Below, one piece after another: positions 1 to 12,600 of a stretch of DNA of 64,000 bases (the first letter of the stretch is position 1; every line of letters starts with the position of its first letter). Made by a program: the position numbers and the translations under genes. The notes beneath the pieces are model-generated. The model made no database searches. It was not told the origin of the DNA and saw only the letters and a program-made list of their open reading frames with translations. This DNA is from Tubiluchus corallicola (Eukaryota; Animalia; Priapulida): the NCBI GenBank assembly GCA_030141605.1, contig JAQGDQ010000056.1:124001-188000 (forward strand). The letters are read 5' to 3'.

Positions 1-1497
1 TCAATTCCCTTCGCAATTTCATATATATTTCCTGGACAATATTTTGCTGGACACCTGATACACACAGTTTTATCCTAGATAATATAAAATTAAAAGTGCT
101 TCATGTTGGTTTCCTTTGGGAACTTGAAAATGGAATATGTGTTGCATGTTCACTAATACAGTACTAGTACTTAATACTTGACTTATCAAGCTTAACATAC
201 GCAACTTACTAATCGAAATGTGCCAAATGTGTGCAAGTTACTCGTACTAGCACTGCTAGTCTGGCTCTGTTGGCAACTTAGAAAATAAATTGTAGTTGAA
301 TGGCTGTTGTTGCTTAATTTAATTCGCACAAACTAAATTGCATAACATCGGCAACCCTATTTCAACAATCTGCTCTTATATTCCCCTATTTGATGTCTTT
401 CAGAAATTTTCATTTACTTATTGTCTGTGGATTTTGTGACTAATATAACTTGGCATATGTCACTGGTGGCATCCTTCTTGCTGTTGATCACATTGTGAAT
501 GTTGACTGACACCAACTACATGCCAATAATTACAGTAAGAATCCCTGGAGTCGTCAATCAAGTTTTGCCATCAGTGTTCAGTGAACTCTGGGTGTTGAGG
601 AATTATTATTTATCAACATGGGTTTATTATTTGCAGCTGAAATTGTTGATTTAATTTGTAAATTCGTTTTTCTGATGTGTCCTATTCTCGTCATTTCTAA
701 ATGACATGAGTTCCTGCTCTGAAATGAGTGACTAGAGGAATGATGGTTAAGTGTTATTTACTTGCTTGGCATTTCTTAAGTTGGCCTCTCTTTTACATAA
801 TACATAGAAATAGCATTTCCGTTGATTTTTATAGTTCATCTGTTTTCTAGTTTTTTCAAATCTTATTGTTATTTCAAATCTTAGTAGTTGACCATTTTTC
901 ATTTTCTCTGAAATTTTTGACTCTGCCCTAGTCGAAAATTTACGTAGAACAATTTTTGCATGCTTAAGAGTGGTGTCTGCACTGTTATTATGTTTTGTTT
1001 TAGGCATTTGGTAATTTTTGATGGTTGAGTATGCTGTTTGTTTTCTCCAGTTCTTTCAAGGACCTTGCTTTGACTTATCTGAGAAGATAATGAGATAACG
1101 GCTAACTCGCCTTTGAGCTTTGGGTCGTTTCTGTTAATTAAACCAATTGTAGGTTTCCTCTAAGCTCAAGGGGCACTTTATTCCTAATGAGAAGCTTTGA
1201 CACTAATGCAGCTGATGTATGCAAGTATCATCATTGAAGGATGTTACCATTTGCCAAATGTTGTTCATTCTGACAGTGCTTCATAACTTAACTGGATCAT
1301 CCACTTTTATCTGTTTTATGAACTGTTGCTGGCTGCACATTCTGCAGTGAGGTTAATTAATAACCCAAATCTGCGATAATTTAGTGATAATTCTGTGATA
1401 ATTTAGCAGTTGGCACTGCTGCCTGGCTCAAGTTCACTTTTAAGGACTCAGACTCAGTTGTTAGAGACTTGGCTACACTGAATTTGAACTGCTGGCG

Positions 1498-1548
1498 TCA
1501 TTATCATCATCATCATCACCATCACGTCACCACTATCATTATCATCAT
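1498..1548. repeat. Imperfect (CAT)n microsatellite
   Basis: tcattatcatcatcatcatcaccatcacgtcaccactatcattatcatcat. Confidence 0.8.
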
Positions 1549-3989
1549 TTAAACTGCTTTTATGTATCCTGCTTTTTACCTAATGTTATACTATATTTTA
1601 ATGTAGCAGTTTGCTCATTGACTTTGCTATAATGTAATCTAATGGAAATCTATTCTTAGCGATTCCATTGTGTTGCTTGCGCATAGACTATCTGTAATAA
1701 AAAATATAATTCCAACAACTAAATATAGTGTTACAAAAACCGTTTATTACAACTTTGAGCGCTTTTCGCTTATTTTGGGAGGTTTAATATTTCTTTCAGT
1801 TGCACCTGCATTTATTAAGCTGTGTCTGAGATTAACTTGAACAGTATGTCCTACTCAGCAGCTGCTGCCATTTGCTTGGCTACCTCCATTTACCATACTG
1901 ATTATTAAATTCAGAACCACATCTAGTTCTGGATTTCATGGCTTCTAACTCAAAACGACAGTGCGTCTTATATTTGCTGTACTTATTATTGTTTACTATG
2001 ATTGCTGAGTTGACTGTAACCCTGCTTTTTAGCAGAGTCAGTTTTTATATGGTAAGCGCGAAGGTCTATGCTTAAAAGGGTTTGAAACTGTAAACGTAAT
2101 CTTTAGTTAAGAGCTGCCCCTTCAATCTGGCGAAGAACTGCGGCAGAAAATCAAGTTATAGCGTCAATTCCCCCCGCAAGTGACATCATGACAGCTTTGG
2201 TCCAACCGAGTAAATGTAAAATCTATTCTCGTTGACCTACGCGTTCTGTTAAAGAGACGAAATCATTCAGAGACGAATTTTGATTATCACTACTTTTTAT
2301 TCCTGACTTGTGCAATTCCTATTAGAATATATGCACATGTTTGATATAAGTTCTTGGTTCAGCTATAGTAGAGAAAGATACACGTGTCAGCAAATTTCGA
2401 AATTCTTATTGCGACCATTATGGGTGCTGTTTATTGTGGTCTTATCTGCACGCGGTGTATCTGTTTCTGATCTTGGGTGGTAGAAACGTTCAAATTTATT
2501 TATCTAAGGAAAACAGGAGTTGTCTTGTCCTGCGAAAAAACTACTTGTTACGTAGAGTGCAAGACCGGCCTGTTTGGGATGAACAATGGAAAAGCAATGT
2601 CTTTCTTTATTAAGTTAAATATTTGAGGATGACGTAAAATTACGAAGCAAGGATTATACTTTTACCACGAACATGTTTTCTGTTTTTCCCTTAGTAAAAA
2701 TCACCGTATTATGAGTGTTTGATGTTCACCAGAAATAACTTCTTGAGTGCAGGCGACATAAAATATTATCGGAGCGACGGCTGATGGAAGAAAAAAGTTT
2801 TTAGATGAAAGTAGAATGTCATTTGTAAGATGCCTTTAGAGCTGCTGAGTGCCTTTATCCCAAGCGCCCTTGTTTCCGCTTGTATTTGAGCTTTCAAAAA
2901 GCTATGCTGTGCGGATCTAGGTTTCCACAGCTAAACATTTAGGGAGAACTTTAGGTCAAGTTTTTAAAACAGTAGTACTCGAGTGATTGAACCTTGCTTA
3001 GTTCTTGTAATCTTGTCCTTGAATCTGTAAAATATGATGGTGTAGTTAACTGAGTTGAAATTGGCCCGTCTTACTAACACCCTACTTAGAAGCCGGCTGA
3101 CATCTGTTTGAATGATGGCTGATGGTCAGTATATGCCATTAGAGCTGATGTTGTGATATTTCTTGATGTGCCTGATATTGAATATAAACATAATGATGAA
3201 CACACATTAAACAAGCATTAATTTGCAGTGTTCGTGTGGACACTCGGGAAATGGCTTATTGCGAGCAGTCGGACTTTTTATGGATATCTTGAAGCAATGA
3301 TGAGTAGTCTACTACTGTGCTAAAAACAAAATAGGCAGTTACAAAGCCAGTACCTTTGTTACCTTTGCTTTGTAGATCTGTAAATGATAAAAATACTGGG
3401 TGTCGTCGTGTCTTTTAGCTAATAATTTGACCCGTAACCTCTATAACAAGCCATTAACTTATGTTCATAAGCAGATGTTTCCGTCAGGTAACATATAACA
3501 CATTTATGTATTTTTGGTTCTAGTCTGAACAGTGAACAGTATAGTCAAGTTTTTATTAAGTAGGACTTTCACTTGACATTAGCATGTTTGAAAGGATCCG
3601 ATAAAGTGTCGGTGAACCACAAAGTTTAAATTGCTATATCAAATTACCAACGAATTTGCACGACAGAAGAATATCCGAAAGGTGACATTCAAAATTTTTG
3701 TTTGATACGATTTAATTTATTCGTTTTAGTTTTGTTGGTTAAACACGAGCTACATTTGCTTTTTACTGATTAAAGCAAAGTCGGACCCAATATTAAACTG
3801 TAGGTCAAAACAATCTACTCTTTAAAATATTAAAAGGCAGCATACTATTTTTTTTCAAAAATGACTTACGTGAAAGAATTATGACCACACAAACACAGTT
3901 TACCGTTCGCGCCACTAGTTATTCGCTGTTACATGCATTTCGCCATTCGCTAGTTAGACGGGCACTAGCGCCTGCATTTCGGAACCGCA

Positions 3990-4397
3990 TTGCACAAAAA
4001 AACAGGTGCTATACCTCTCAGCTCAGATGTGTAGTTTCTGATGAACTACACACGTTCGATAGGTCATGCGTGAGCACAGCGATAAATTTGAAATTTGAAT
4101 TTTTATCTTAAAACTTGGCTAGTTTTAGTACAACACACAGAATATTTTACAGTAGTGCTGTACTTCAATTTTCGCTTTCACAAACACGTGCAACGCGCTC
4201 GTGGAATATTTTCCTGTTGAAAATTATCTTAGTTTGTGATGTCATCAATAATTGGACTCGCCCATCGTTAATTAAGTTTTTAATCAATAGCTTAATTATC
4301 GGAAACGTTTTTGCAGTAACAGTTTTGTTAAACTATGTACTTTTTATAGGATTTGAAAATGAGGTAGTATATGAAAAATCATCCTGTCTTCCTTTAA
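3990..4397 (+). mobile_element. Dispersed repeat, copy 1 (~410 bp, ends CCTTTAA; possibly a Kolobok-like non-autonomous element)
   Basis: Colinear similarity to 20450-20855 (aggtgctatacctctcag..., gtacttcaattttcgctttc, ggatttgaaaatg...gaaaaatcatcctg). Both copies end at TTAA. A possible left end TTAA-AAGGCAG lies near 3830. The family assignment is an inference. Confidence 0.7.
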
Positions 4398-5159
4398 ATA
4401 GTAGTTTGTTGGTACAGGTGGTATATTTACAGCTGTTTCTAACCTTATTCGCAATCGAAACTTCTCTTAAGTAGCTCTGCTTAAGTATTACATTTACTGA
4501 CTTGCAGAATTAAAACACTGGCCGTGTTTCAAAGCGAACGCGATTTTACAAGGCCCAGAAAAACGTTTACAAACATCGAAAAACATTTGAAGAATTTCTG
4601 CTGACAAAAAAAAACTTCATCAGGCTTATTTAGCGCAGTTTTAACAGCTGCATTGGTTTCCGTGCCTAATTTCTCGCCATGTTTAAGACTGTGTGAGAAG
4701 AGGAAGAAGGAAATGAGGAGATCTAGGAGCCAGTTGAGCCGAGGCTGCCAAGCAGACGGCTTCTGTTTGAAATGAGAGAACTAGAGTTGGAAGCCAGTGA
4801 CGTAAAGTACTGTGAGCAGGTGTAACCTGCTGCTGCTAGGGCCCGAGGCAAGATATTTGAACTTTGAGGTTTGATGAAGAATATGTTAATAGTGTTATGT
4901 GCAAGCGACTATTCTCGGATAACGAAATAAAAAAAGACTGATGACAGCCGACTTGAGTATTTTATCGCATATGCTGTGGTAACTTACTGTGTTTCAAGAC
5001 GCGTGTAATGCATAAAGCACGCATAAATTGGTTTTGCCTCATATTGTTAAAACTGAAGTGAACTGCCGATGTTGCAAAAGGATACATGTTTATTCGGCTC
5101 TTTTTATTTTTTTCTACAGGATTGTTTTGTATGCTAAAATTCGGGGACACACTAAATCC

Positions 5160-6010
5160 GTAGTAGTAGTAAGAGCGGTATATAGTAATTAATGATTACG
5201 TTCACGATATGATATTGATGCTGGCGATGACTGTGGTGTGACAGCAAACCTCACCCGTATCGTGATTTGTGACACTGCTAACAGTGGCAGTGGCAGATAT
5301 GATTACTGTGGTGGCTGTTGAATTTCTGGCAACGGTGCAGCGGCTGTGATGGCTGCAGAAATGGTGAACGAAGTAGAATATGGTAATCATTTAGCAACGT
5401 TTGCTGAGGAAGCGAAGACACGTGCAATAAGTGGAGTAACTGTGGTACTGGCTGAGAGCTTAGAGAGGTGGTGCATGTAGTGGTTTAGTACTATGAGTTC
5501 GGTGTGGTAGTTGTATGGAGGTAATAACAACGATTTTTGTAACGAAGCACGAATGAAAAATCTCAAACAGTATTCATTGTATGAGTGTGGTCATGGCAGT
5601 GTATTGAATGTGATTGTCCCGACTCATGGCAGTGCTGGTAGCAGTAGTCACATGTAGTTGCCTCTTGATGATGGTAATCATGTAATAGCGTTAGTATCAA
5701 TGCAGTGGATTTATATTTTGGTCGATGGGAAAAGTGAATGTTTCTGTTGTATGTCGTGGTTATGGTTACGGTGGCAGCGGCTTTGGTTAATAGTGATGGA
5801 TTGATTATATGATTGGATTATACAATTGGATTGATATAGTAATGGTGGCGGTTGTTGCGATTGTAACTCTTATGAATGCTGCCCAGTGCTTGTAGTCATG
5901 AGCGCGGAGGTGTGACAGCACTGGACCTGGTTGTAGTCAAAGCACGTAATGGTTGTGGCAGATACTGTGGCAGTGGTTGTAGTCATGACGATGGTGGCGA
6001 TGTGCAGCTG
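5160..6010. repeat. G/T-skewed low-complexity region of decayed GTG/GTA/GCA triplets
   Basis: Recurring gtggcagtgg, ggttgtagtca and gtagtagta, with strong G>C skew; no long ORF. Confidence 0.5.
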
Positions 6011-9000
6011 AGGATAGCAACCTCTGCGCGTGAGCTATGGAATGAATGAGTGCGTCCTTGTAATATTAATTCACTGGATCGATTGTAGAGGAAACCAGCA
6101 TGCAGCGCTGCTCTGTATCTCATTCTACAAAACAGAGTCTGTACTTCCTGTCAGTATTGTGAAATATTGTATGTTATTATCGTGCTCACAGTCAATTAAA
6201 ACTGTCGTTTTATTTATGCTAAACAGCCTTTCAATGTGAGTATTATGCTTTACTTTTATCCTCAACGAAAGTCGTAATTGCTGGCGTGGGGAAGTAGAAT
6301 TTAGGAGAACTATGCACGGCACCATGAAAATTTTATGCAATGTTGTGGAGGAATGGCATGCAATATGCGCGTTTATTAGTATTACTGACGTCATTTGCGT
6401 GTGTATTAAATGTTTGGGATTTAGTAGTATCTGCTCTAAGTCTCTAGCATGTAATTATATATGTACATATTTTTATGCAGTTGAGTATTCTGAAGCCGGG
6501 AATCAAGCATTAAGTGCTGCTGGTTGTGCTGGGACTGAACTCATTATCGTGATTACTCTTCTGATATGCAATACTAAACTGGTAGAGGTGTCCTAGCCAT
6601 GACCTTATGATGTGTATTCACATTTTTCAGCGAGGTAAATAGCTGGAGAGGAGTAAAACATGTGAAACAATTCGGAAACTGTTTCCCTAGCAGTCTGCCC
6701 AGGTTGGCGGTTGCTTAACTTGCAAACCCAACAGTTGATTTTAATGTGTAATAATTACTCCCCTGCCTAATCTTAACGCGCGTCAAGAACTGTTTGTCCA
6801 ACAAATGATAATTCGTTCATTGTATAGTAATATAAACTGCTTTTTGTGGTTACTGGTCAGTAATCATGAGATATGAATGTTGCTGTTGTATTAGTGTTCA
6901 TGAGTCACATCCTCAAAGCATCATCCGCTATAATCAGTAGGTTGTCATAAGGCTTGATAATTAGTGCCCGCATTATGAACTTTATTATCAAGTAAAGCAT
7001 ATTTTTCGCTCTAATATAATAATTGGAAATAACGAAAATATTTTGGATACTAACTGCTAGAAAAAGTTTAAATTGTGCAAAAAAATTATATCTAGATACC
7101 CATAGACTAGCTTTCTCTAATTTAGTGATTATAATATGTATTTCTTTTCTGATTCAACAAGGCACGTCCAAGTGGCCTCTTAGTACTAAAATTGAGATGT
7201 CCTGAAATGTGCAGCCGTAATTACTTATCTAATGGCACCAGGCAATTACCTTTTCTCTAGTTGCATTCCAATGATTTTGTAGTTGCATTGTCATATTTTT
7301 GCGTTTTAAAATCTGAATTAATCTGAAATAGGCATTTGTATTCCGCTATTTGTGAACTGAAATCTACCCCTGTTTAAGCTGGTGCATAATGATTCAACTG
7401 TTTGTCAAACTTCCTAATTAAACAACAGTATTATATTCTGTGATCTAACATTATGTTGCAATGTTGCGTCGTGAAATCAGCTAGCCTGTTAGATCTTTGT
7501 AGGTAGATTGAGTTGCTTACTTAGGAAACAAAATGTGAGTTACAATGTTGTATCCTAACATAAGCTACTATGCTGTGTACTTACAATTGAATGTATGCAT
7601 TATAGTGTTATCTAGACTTAAATTACTACGGTTTGTTTTCAGTTTATGTGTCAAAGTTAAACTCTAATTTCCTTACCTTTGCTGACTGCGATCATTGCAA
7701 AGCCAAATCAAATTTATAGCTATCAAAAGCTGTTGTAGATTTTGGATTTGTAGGCCATTTGTAGACTGTTGGTTGTAATAGCTCTAATTTGTGAAAAATA
7801 TGATTTTTTACATCTTTTGTCCAACGTGATTTCTCACACCTGTACCAGACTAATTCGTAATTCCAGATAAAGCCAAAAAATTGCTTATCTGGGGAATCCA
7901 GAAGGCAACTTCTGGACAAAGTGTTAGTTTGATGAGTCCAACCTTTAGATTTTCATTTCCCAGTTTCTAATTTTCCATTGCCAAGAAATTTTCGAAGTGC
8001 CAGGAAACTTGTTTTAATTAAAAAAGTTATAAAATTTTGAGTCTCAAGATGATATCGTAAAGATCATAAAGCAAATAATAATTAGAAGTAGAGTATTGTG
8101 TTCGAAATTCAACTCCATTTACTGTATTCAGTACGTTAGACTATTTGTCAAACTGTAGTTCTGTTTTTCCTGTAATTCAACGTGAGCGATAGTAACAGCG
8201 TGGTGTGGAAGAAGCTTTACTGAGTTTATTCTTTTGCATTGACTATAGATTAAGAGAATAATGTATCATTAATTGCATTTTACTGCGTGCTGTATTAGTA
8301 GTTGTAAGCAACAAATTGCGTGTCGTTTAGTGCATTTTTGCGCCAAGCAGTGCTGCCTACCAAATGCCCCATTTTTGATGCAAGCACCACACATGATATG
8401 ATATATCCGCACATGGTAATCCACGTGATATGGATTAGAGTTCTGTGAGTCTTAGTACAGTACACAGATGAACTAGAGTGTTATCGTCCTCCCAGTGAAA
8501 ATTCGGCAACCAGCTTTGGTAACTTAAAATGTAACTGCGGGCCTTGAAACGTAGAAAACCTACGATTGGTCAAAACAGGTGTGATTGAATTGGTCGAATC
8601 TCTAGTTGAAACAACAGAACCCATCAAACACGTTCCTCGAAAAATTGTGTTCGACAAGAGAGGAAACAATGGGTAATTACCCTGTCGTGAAGCTGGTATT
8701 GGGGTTTCGGAGATGTACACTGCAAAGTTTATCTTACGAGTGATAACTTGTCCTTTTCTTTCTTTGCTGCGGACTTATCAAGGCAAAATAACTGTGGTCA
8801 TCATTTGCTGGACTGATCATTTCACTATTTGTTTTGTATATAGGTTGGACATCATAGTAACGTCATTTTTGCTCAAATTAACATCAATACTGAAAAATTC
8901 TGGTGAAATGACACCTTTTCTATTCCACGTCTGCTCATAAAATTATTCAGTATTTTTACAACAATATAATCTAAATTCTAATTTTAAGTACTGCTGATTT

Positions 9001-9611
9001 TTCTACTTAATGCTGTCAATTTATTATGATATCCAGCTATGGCCGAAATTAGCTTGATAAAGGCCAATCCAAAGGCTCACATCTGCGTGCTACATTTTGT
9101 GCCATCCACTCCAATCTATGGATATCAATAATGCGCGCACTTACCATGTGGTCTTCTTACATCAGCTATAATTATTTGACGTTTGGTAGTCAACACAACA
9201 ATAAATGAGTTGTAGACTAGTGATTCGTGAGCATTTCCTTTCGCTGCATAAGGAAATTCTGCTCGTACCTTTGGCATTTGCCATAGCGGAGTTGGTTTAG
9301 TGTGATCTGTTTTTATCTCAAACTGCTAGCTATGTTACTCTCTGGGCGTTGTGGACATAACATGATTGTCGCTATTCTTGCTGTGTTCTTGTGTTTCTGT
9401 AACACAAGACCTGTATTTTGCCCAGGCAAACTGAACGTGTGGATTTAAAGAAACGCAATTAAAGAAATTGTCTGTCTTCTCAATTGTCTGACTCTGCAAC
9501 ACTGTGAATTATTGTCACTAGTGAAAATGACTCTGTACGTCGCCAGGTATAAAATTTAGCCTGTTTGCATCGTACATTTGCTATCCTGTGGTTTCAGTGG
9601 TTTGTGAGTGC

Positions 9612-9625
9612 GTTGCCATGGTAAC
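9612..9625. promoter_or_regulatory. Candidate RFX X-box
   Basis: GTTGCCATGGTAAC fits the palindromic X-box consensus GTNRCCATGGYAAC. Function unproven. Confidence 0.45.
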
Positions 9626-12600
9626 TCAATGAAACTTAAGCATCCTGTTAAACAAGTGCCCCAGGTTCATTGCATCTTTATCTTCACTGTGATACAGTAA
9701 ACGAAGTTTGATATTGCTTGTGGCACCTGTAGCAAACCTTTGATCAATGAGGATTTTACAAGTAGGAGTAGCTTGGCAGTAAATGATGTACAAGTTGTCA
9801 AGAGTTGTGGTTTGACCATATGAAGTGTCTCAAGCACTACTGGAAAGCATTATTAAGCATATGAAACTTCCTGAACGTTACAACGTGGATTACGTGTAAC
9901 GTTATTATTTTGATCAGAAGAGTTTGCCAAAAGTTCTTACCCGCTTGTTGTTTTAGATCGAGCTTATCTAATTTTCTTATGATAATACCTGTTGAATCAG
10001 TTATTGTTAGATAGGTTCAATAATTCCGTCATTAAGCAAATTTTGTAACTCTAGATTTTTGTAAAATAGTTCTTTGAACTGTGTGAAGAATATTTTTACT
10101 TTCACTTCTGAAATTTTCTTGAATTTGAGCTGTTTTTCTATCCTCTCCCAGGAAAAGTTGTGGAAAGATTTGCGAAGCTTTGTTTATTTGGCAAACAGAA
10201 GCCCTAATCGCATTCCTCTGAGCTTAGCTTTGGGTTTCTGAAAAACTGCGTGTTCGTGCAAACGCGCACTAGCTGCGTGGCTTAATTTTGCCTTGGACTT
10301 CAACAAAGACGCCTTTACACTGCCCAGACTTTTGCAGAATTGTTCAAAAGATTTTCAACTCACCCTAGAGTATTTAAGCAGCTTACTGTGTTTTGTGACT
10401 TTTATCCCAGCCTCGTTCCCACTAAACTGGCCTCAGCGTTAAACTGATAAAAAAAAACTGATCAACAGCGTTAAAATTACTTCGTTTGTATTCTATAGAC
10501 TCCACATCGGTTAATTTTCACGCCATTGAAGTCTTTTCGTTACCAATGTGTCACGTCAGTTTGTCAGCTTTTACTTTAAAAATCTTAGTGATATTGGTGG
10601 CTTGAGTTCTGTATAAGTGAGTTCTGAGTTGGACACCTCCTTTGTTTAAATTCGCAGAAACGTCCTTTTAACTTCCGTTAATTCAGTCACTCTTGTTTTA
10701 GCCTTTATTGTGAAAAATTAGCCCCTCACTATCAATGTAAATCGTACGCTTGTTTTCCACATCGTATAAGGAGAGAGATATAGCTTATTCCAATCAGAGG
10801 AACTGTACTGTGTTGCCTTGAACATCATTCGTTTGCATTTGTTTGTTTATTCAGTTCGCGTTTATTTGAAAAAGCCTTCGGCTCAATCAGCCTCCCGCAT
10901 AAAACGCATAAATTTAGCTTTACTACTCGCGCAAATGCAAAGACAACTCAACCAGGCTTTAAACTGTCGCGTTAGCATTTAGATTAATTCGAAATTGCCT
11001 CTGATTTGCATTGTACAGCCTCTAGTTTTAATTAATGGTCTGTCATTTGAGGGTACTGCGAAGAAAATTGATAAAAAATGATTTATATCAGACGTGTTAA
11101 TTCAGAACTTGCTGCATAGATGTTGGTAAATTGCTTTGCTTTTATTTTGGATGTTTCATAAACATGCTTTTTCACAATGTTTGCAATTGTGTTGAAACAG
11201 TATTTGACTACAACAGGTGTCAACAGAATAATACTATGCTAGATGCTAGACAAGTGGACTAATAATTATATGTGTGCACTTGTATGTGTGACCCAAAGTG
11301 CCCAAAGTGGCCATTTTATATAAAATACAAACTTGAACATTATATACACGTAGATTAAGCTTTTAAAAGTCACTGTAACAATGGTATGTAAAAACCAAAC
11401 TTGCAGTAAAAATCCAAATAATTCAAACTTGGCAAGTGCAATTATAGTGGTGCATCATTTTTAGGCAGTAACATATTAACTTAGTAGATGATTTGTATAT
11501 AAAATTCTTGCTCATGTTATATAAATCATGTTGGTCAAGTTAAAATTAACGTCCTTTATACCTAGAGGATGATTTTCATTTTAAATTAATAGCTAATTTG
11601 TAATTTACAAGTGCGATATTGCAAACATTCATCATTGTAGTGGCAACTGTAGGAAGCCCCTGCAATGACATTTTCAAAAAAGCAATAAAATTGTATTGAA
11701 ATATTTCGCAAAAACTCTGCAATATTCCATATATAAGTTTTGCGATATTTTAATAGCAGTGCTCTACAATGGCTATGGCATTCGTGTAGCCAGAAACGGG
11801 ATTACTGTGGCATATGCATAAAGTAGTCCCGAGAGATTTCCTAGCTCTAGGGTCCGCGCTGTTAACCTAAAACTAACGAACTGTTATTTAATAAATAAAA
11901 TTAGAAGAAAATATGATGTCAGCTATTATTGAAAGCGATAGGCTGTTTGAAAAATGCTTTCAAGTACTGTAAACTAAGCAAAAGCAAAAAATAGTGATTA
12001 TCTCTATTATTAAATGATAAAATAACTAGAGGTATAATTATTAAGAGCTGAGAGCTGTAAGATAGGTTAAACTGCACAATTTATGATTATGTAAATGTCA
12101 TTGCATGTAATTTTGAATGGATACATGGCACTGCTACGTGCACAGTGTTCAAACGTTCAAAAGAAATTTTAAAAATTGTAAGTATGAATGCATTTGGCAA
12201 TTCTGGAGACCCGCAGAAGCTTGTATTAGTGTCACCAAAAATGAACTAACAGTGTTAAATTATAGGTTAAGAACAAATGTAATTAATTAAATTTAACTGT
12301 ACTGCGCACAAAAATGCAATGTCTGTTCAAGGTTATAGTTAGAATAAGACGAGAAATGTTAAAATATATGAATACACAAGTAGTTTGCACATTAAAATAC
12401 ATGATACAGTCTAAAGTGGCATTTATATAGCATGCGGATGCGGAAGCGGGTGCGTTTTCAACTGCGGAACAGCCTGGGGGAAAAATCAAAGCAAATAACT
12501 GCAGAAAATGAGTAACAAATACGCAGACTGCATAAACCGGTGCATTGAAAACAATATAAACCGATTTTATCTATTCCGCACCTCCCCCCCCCCCCCAGCC

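Noticed and set aside
3881-4474. ORFs similar to those at 20373-20740, suggesting a duplicated gene
   Set aside because: The similarity comes from a non-coding dispersed repeat; frames and stops are not conserved between the copies.
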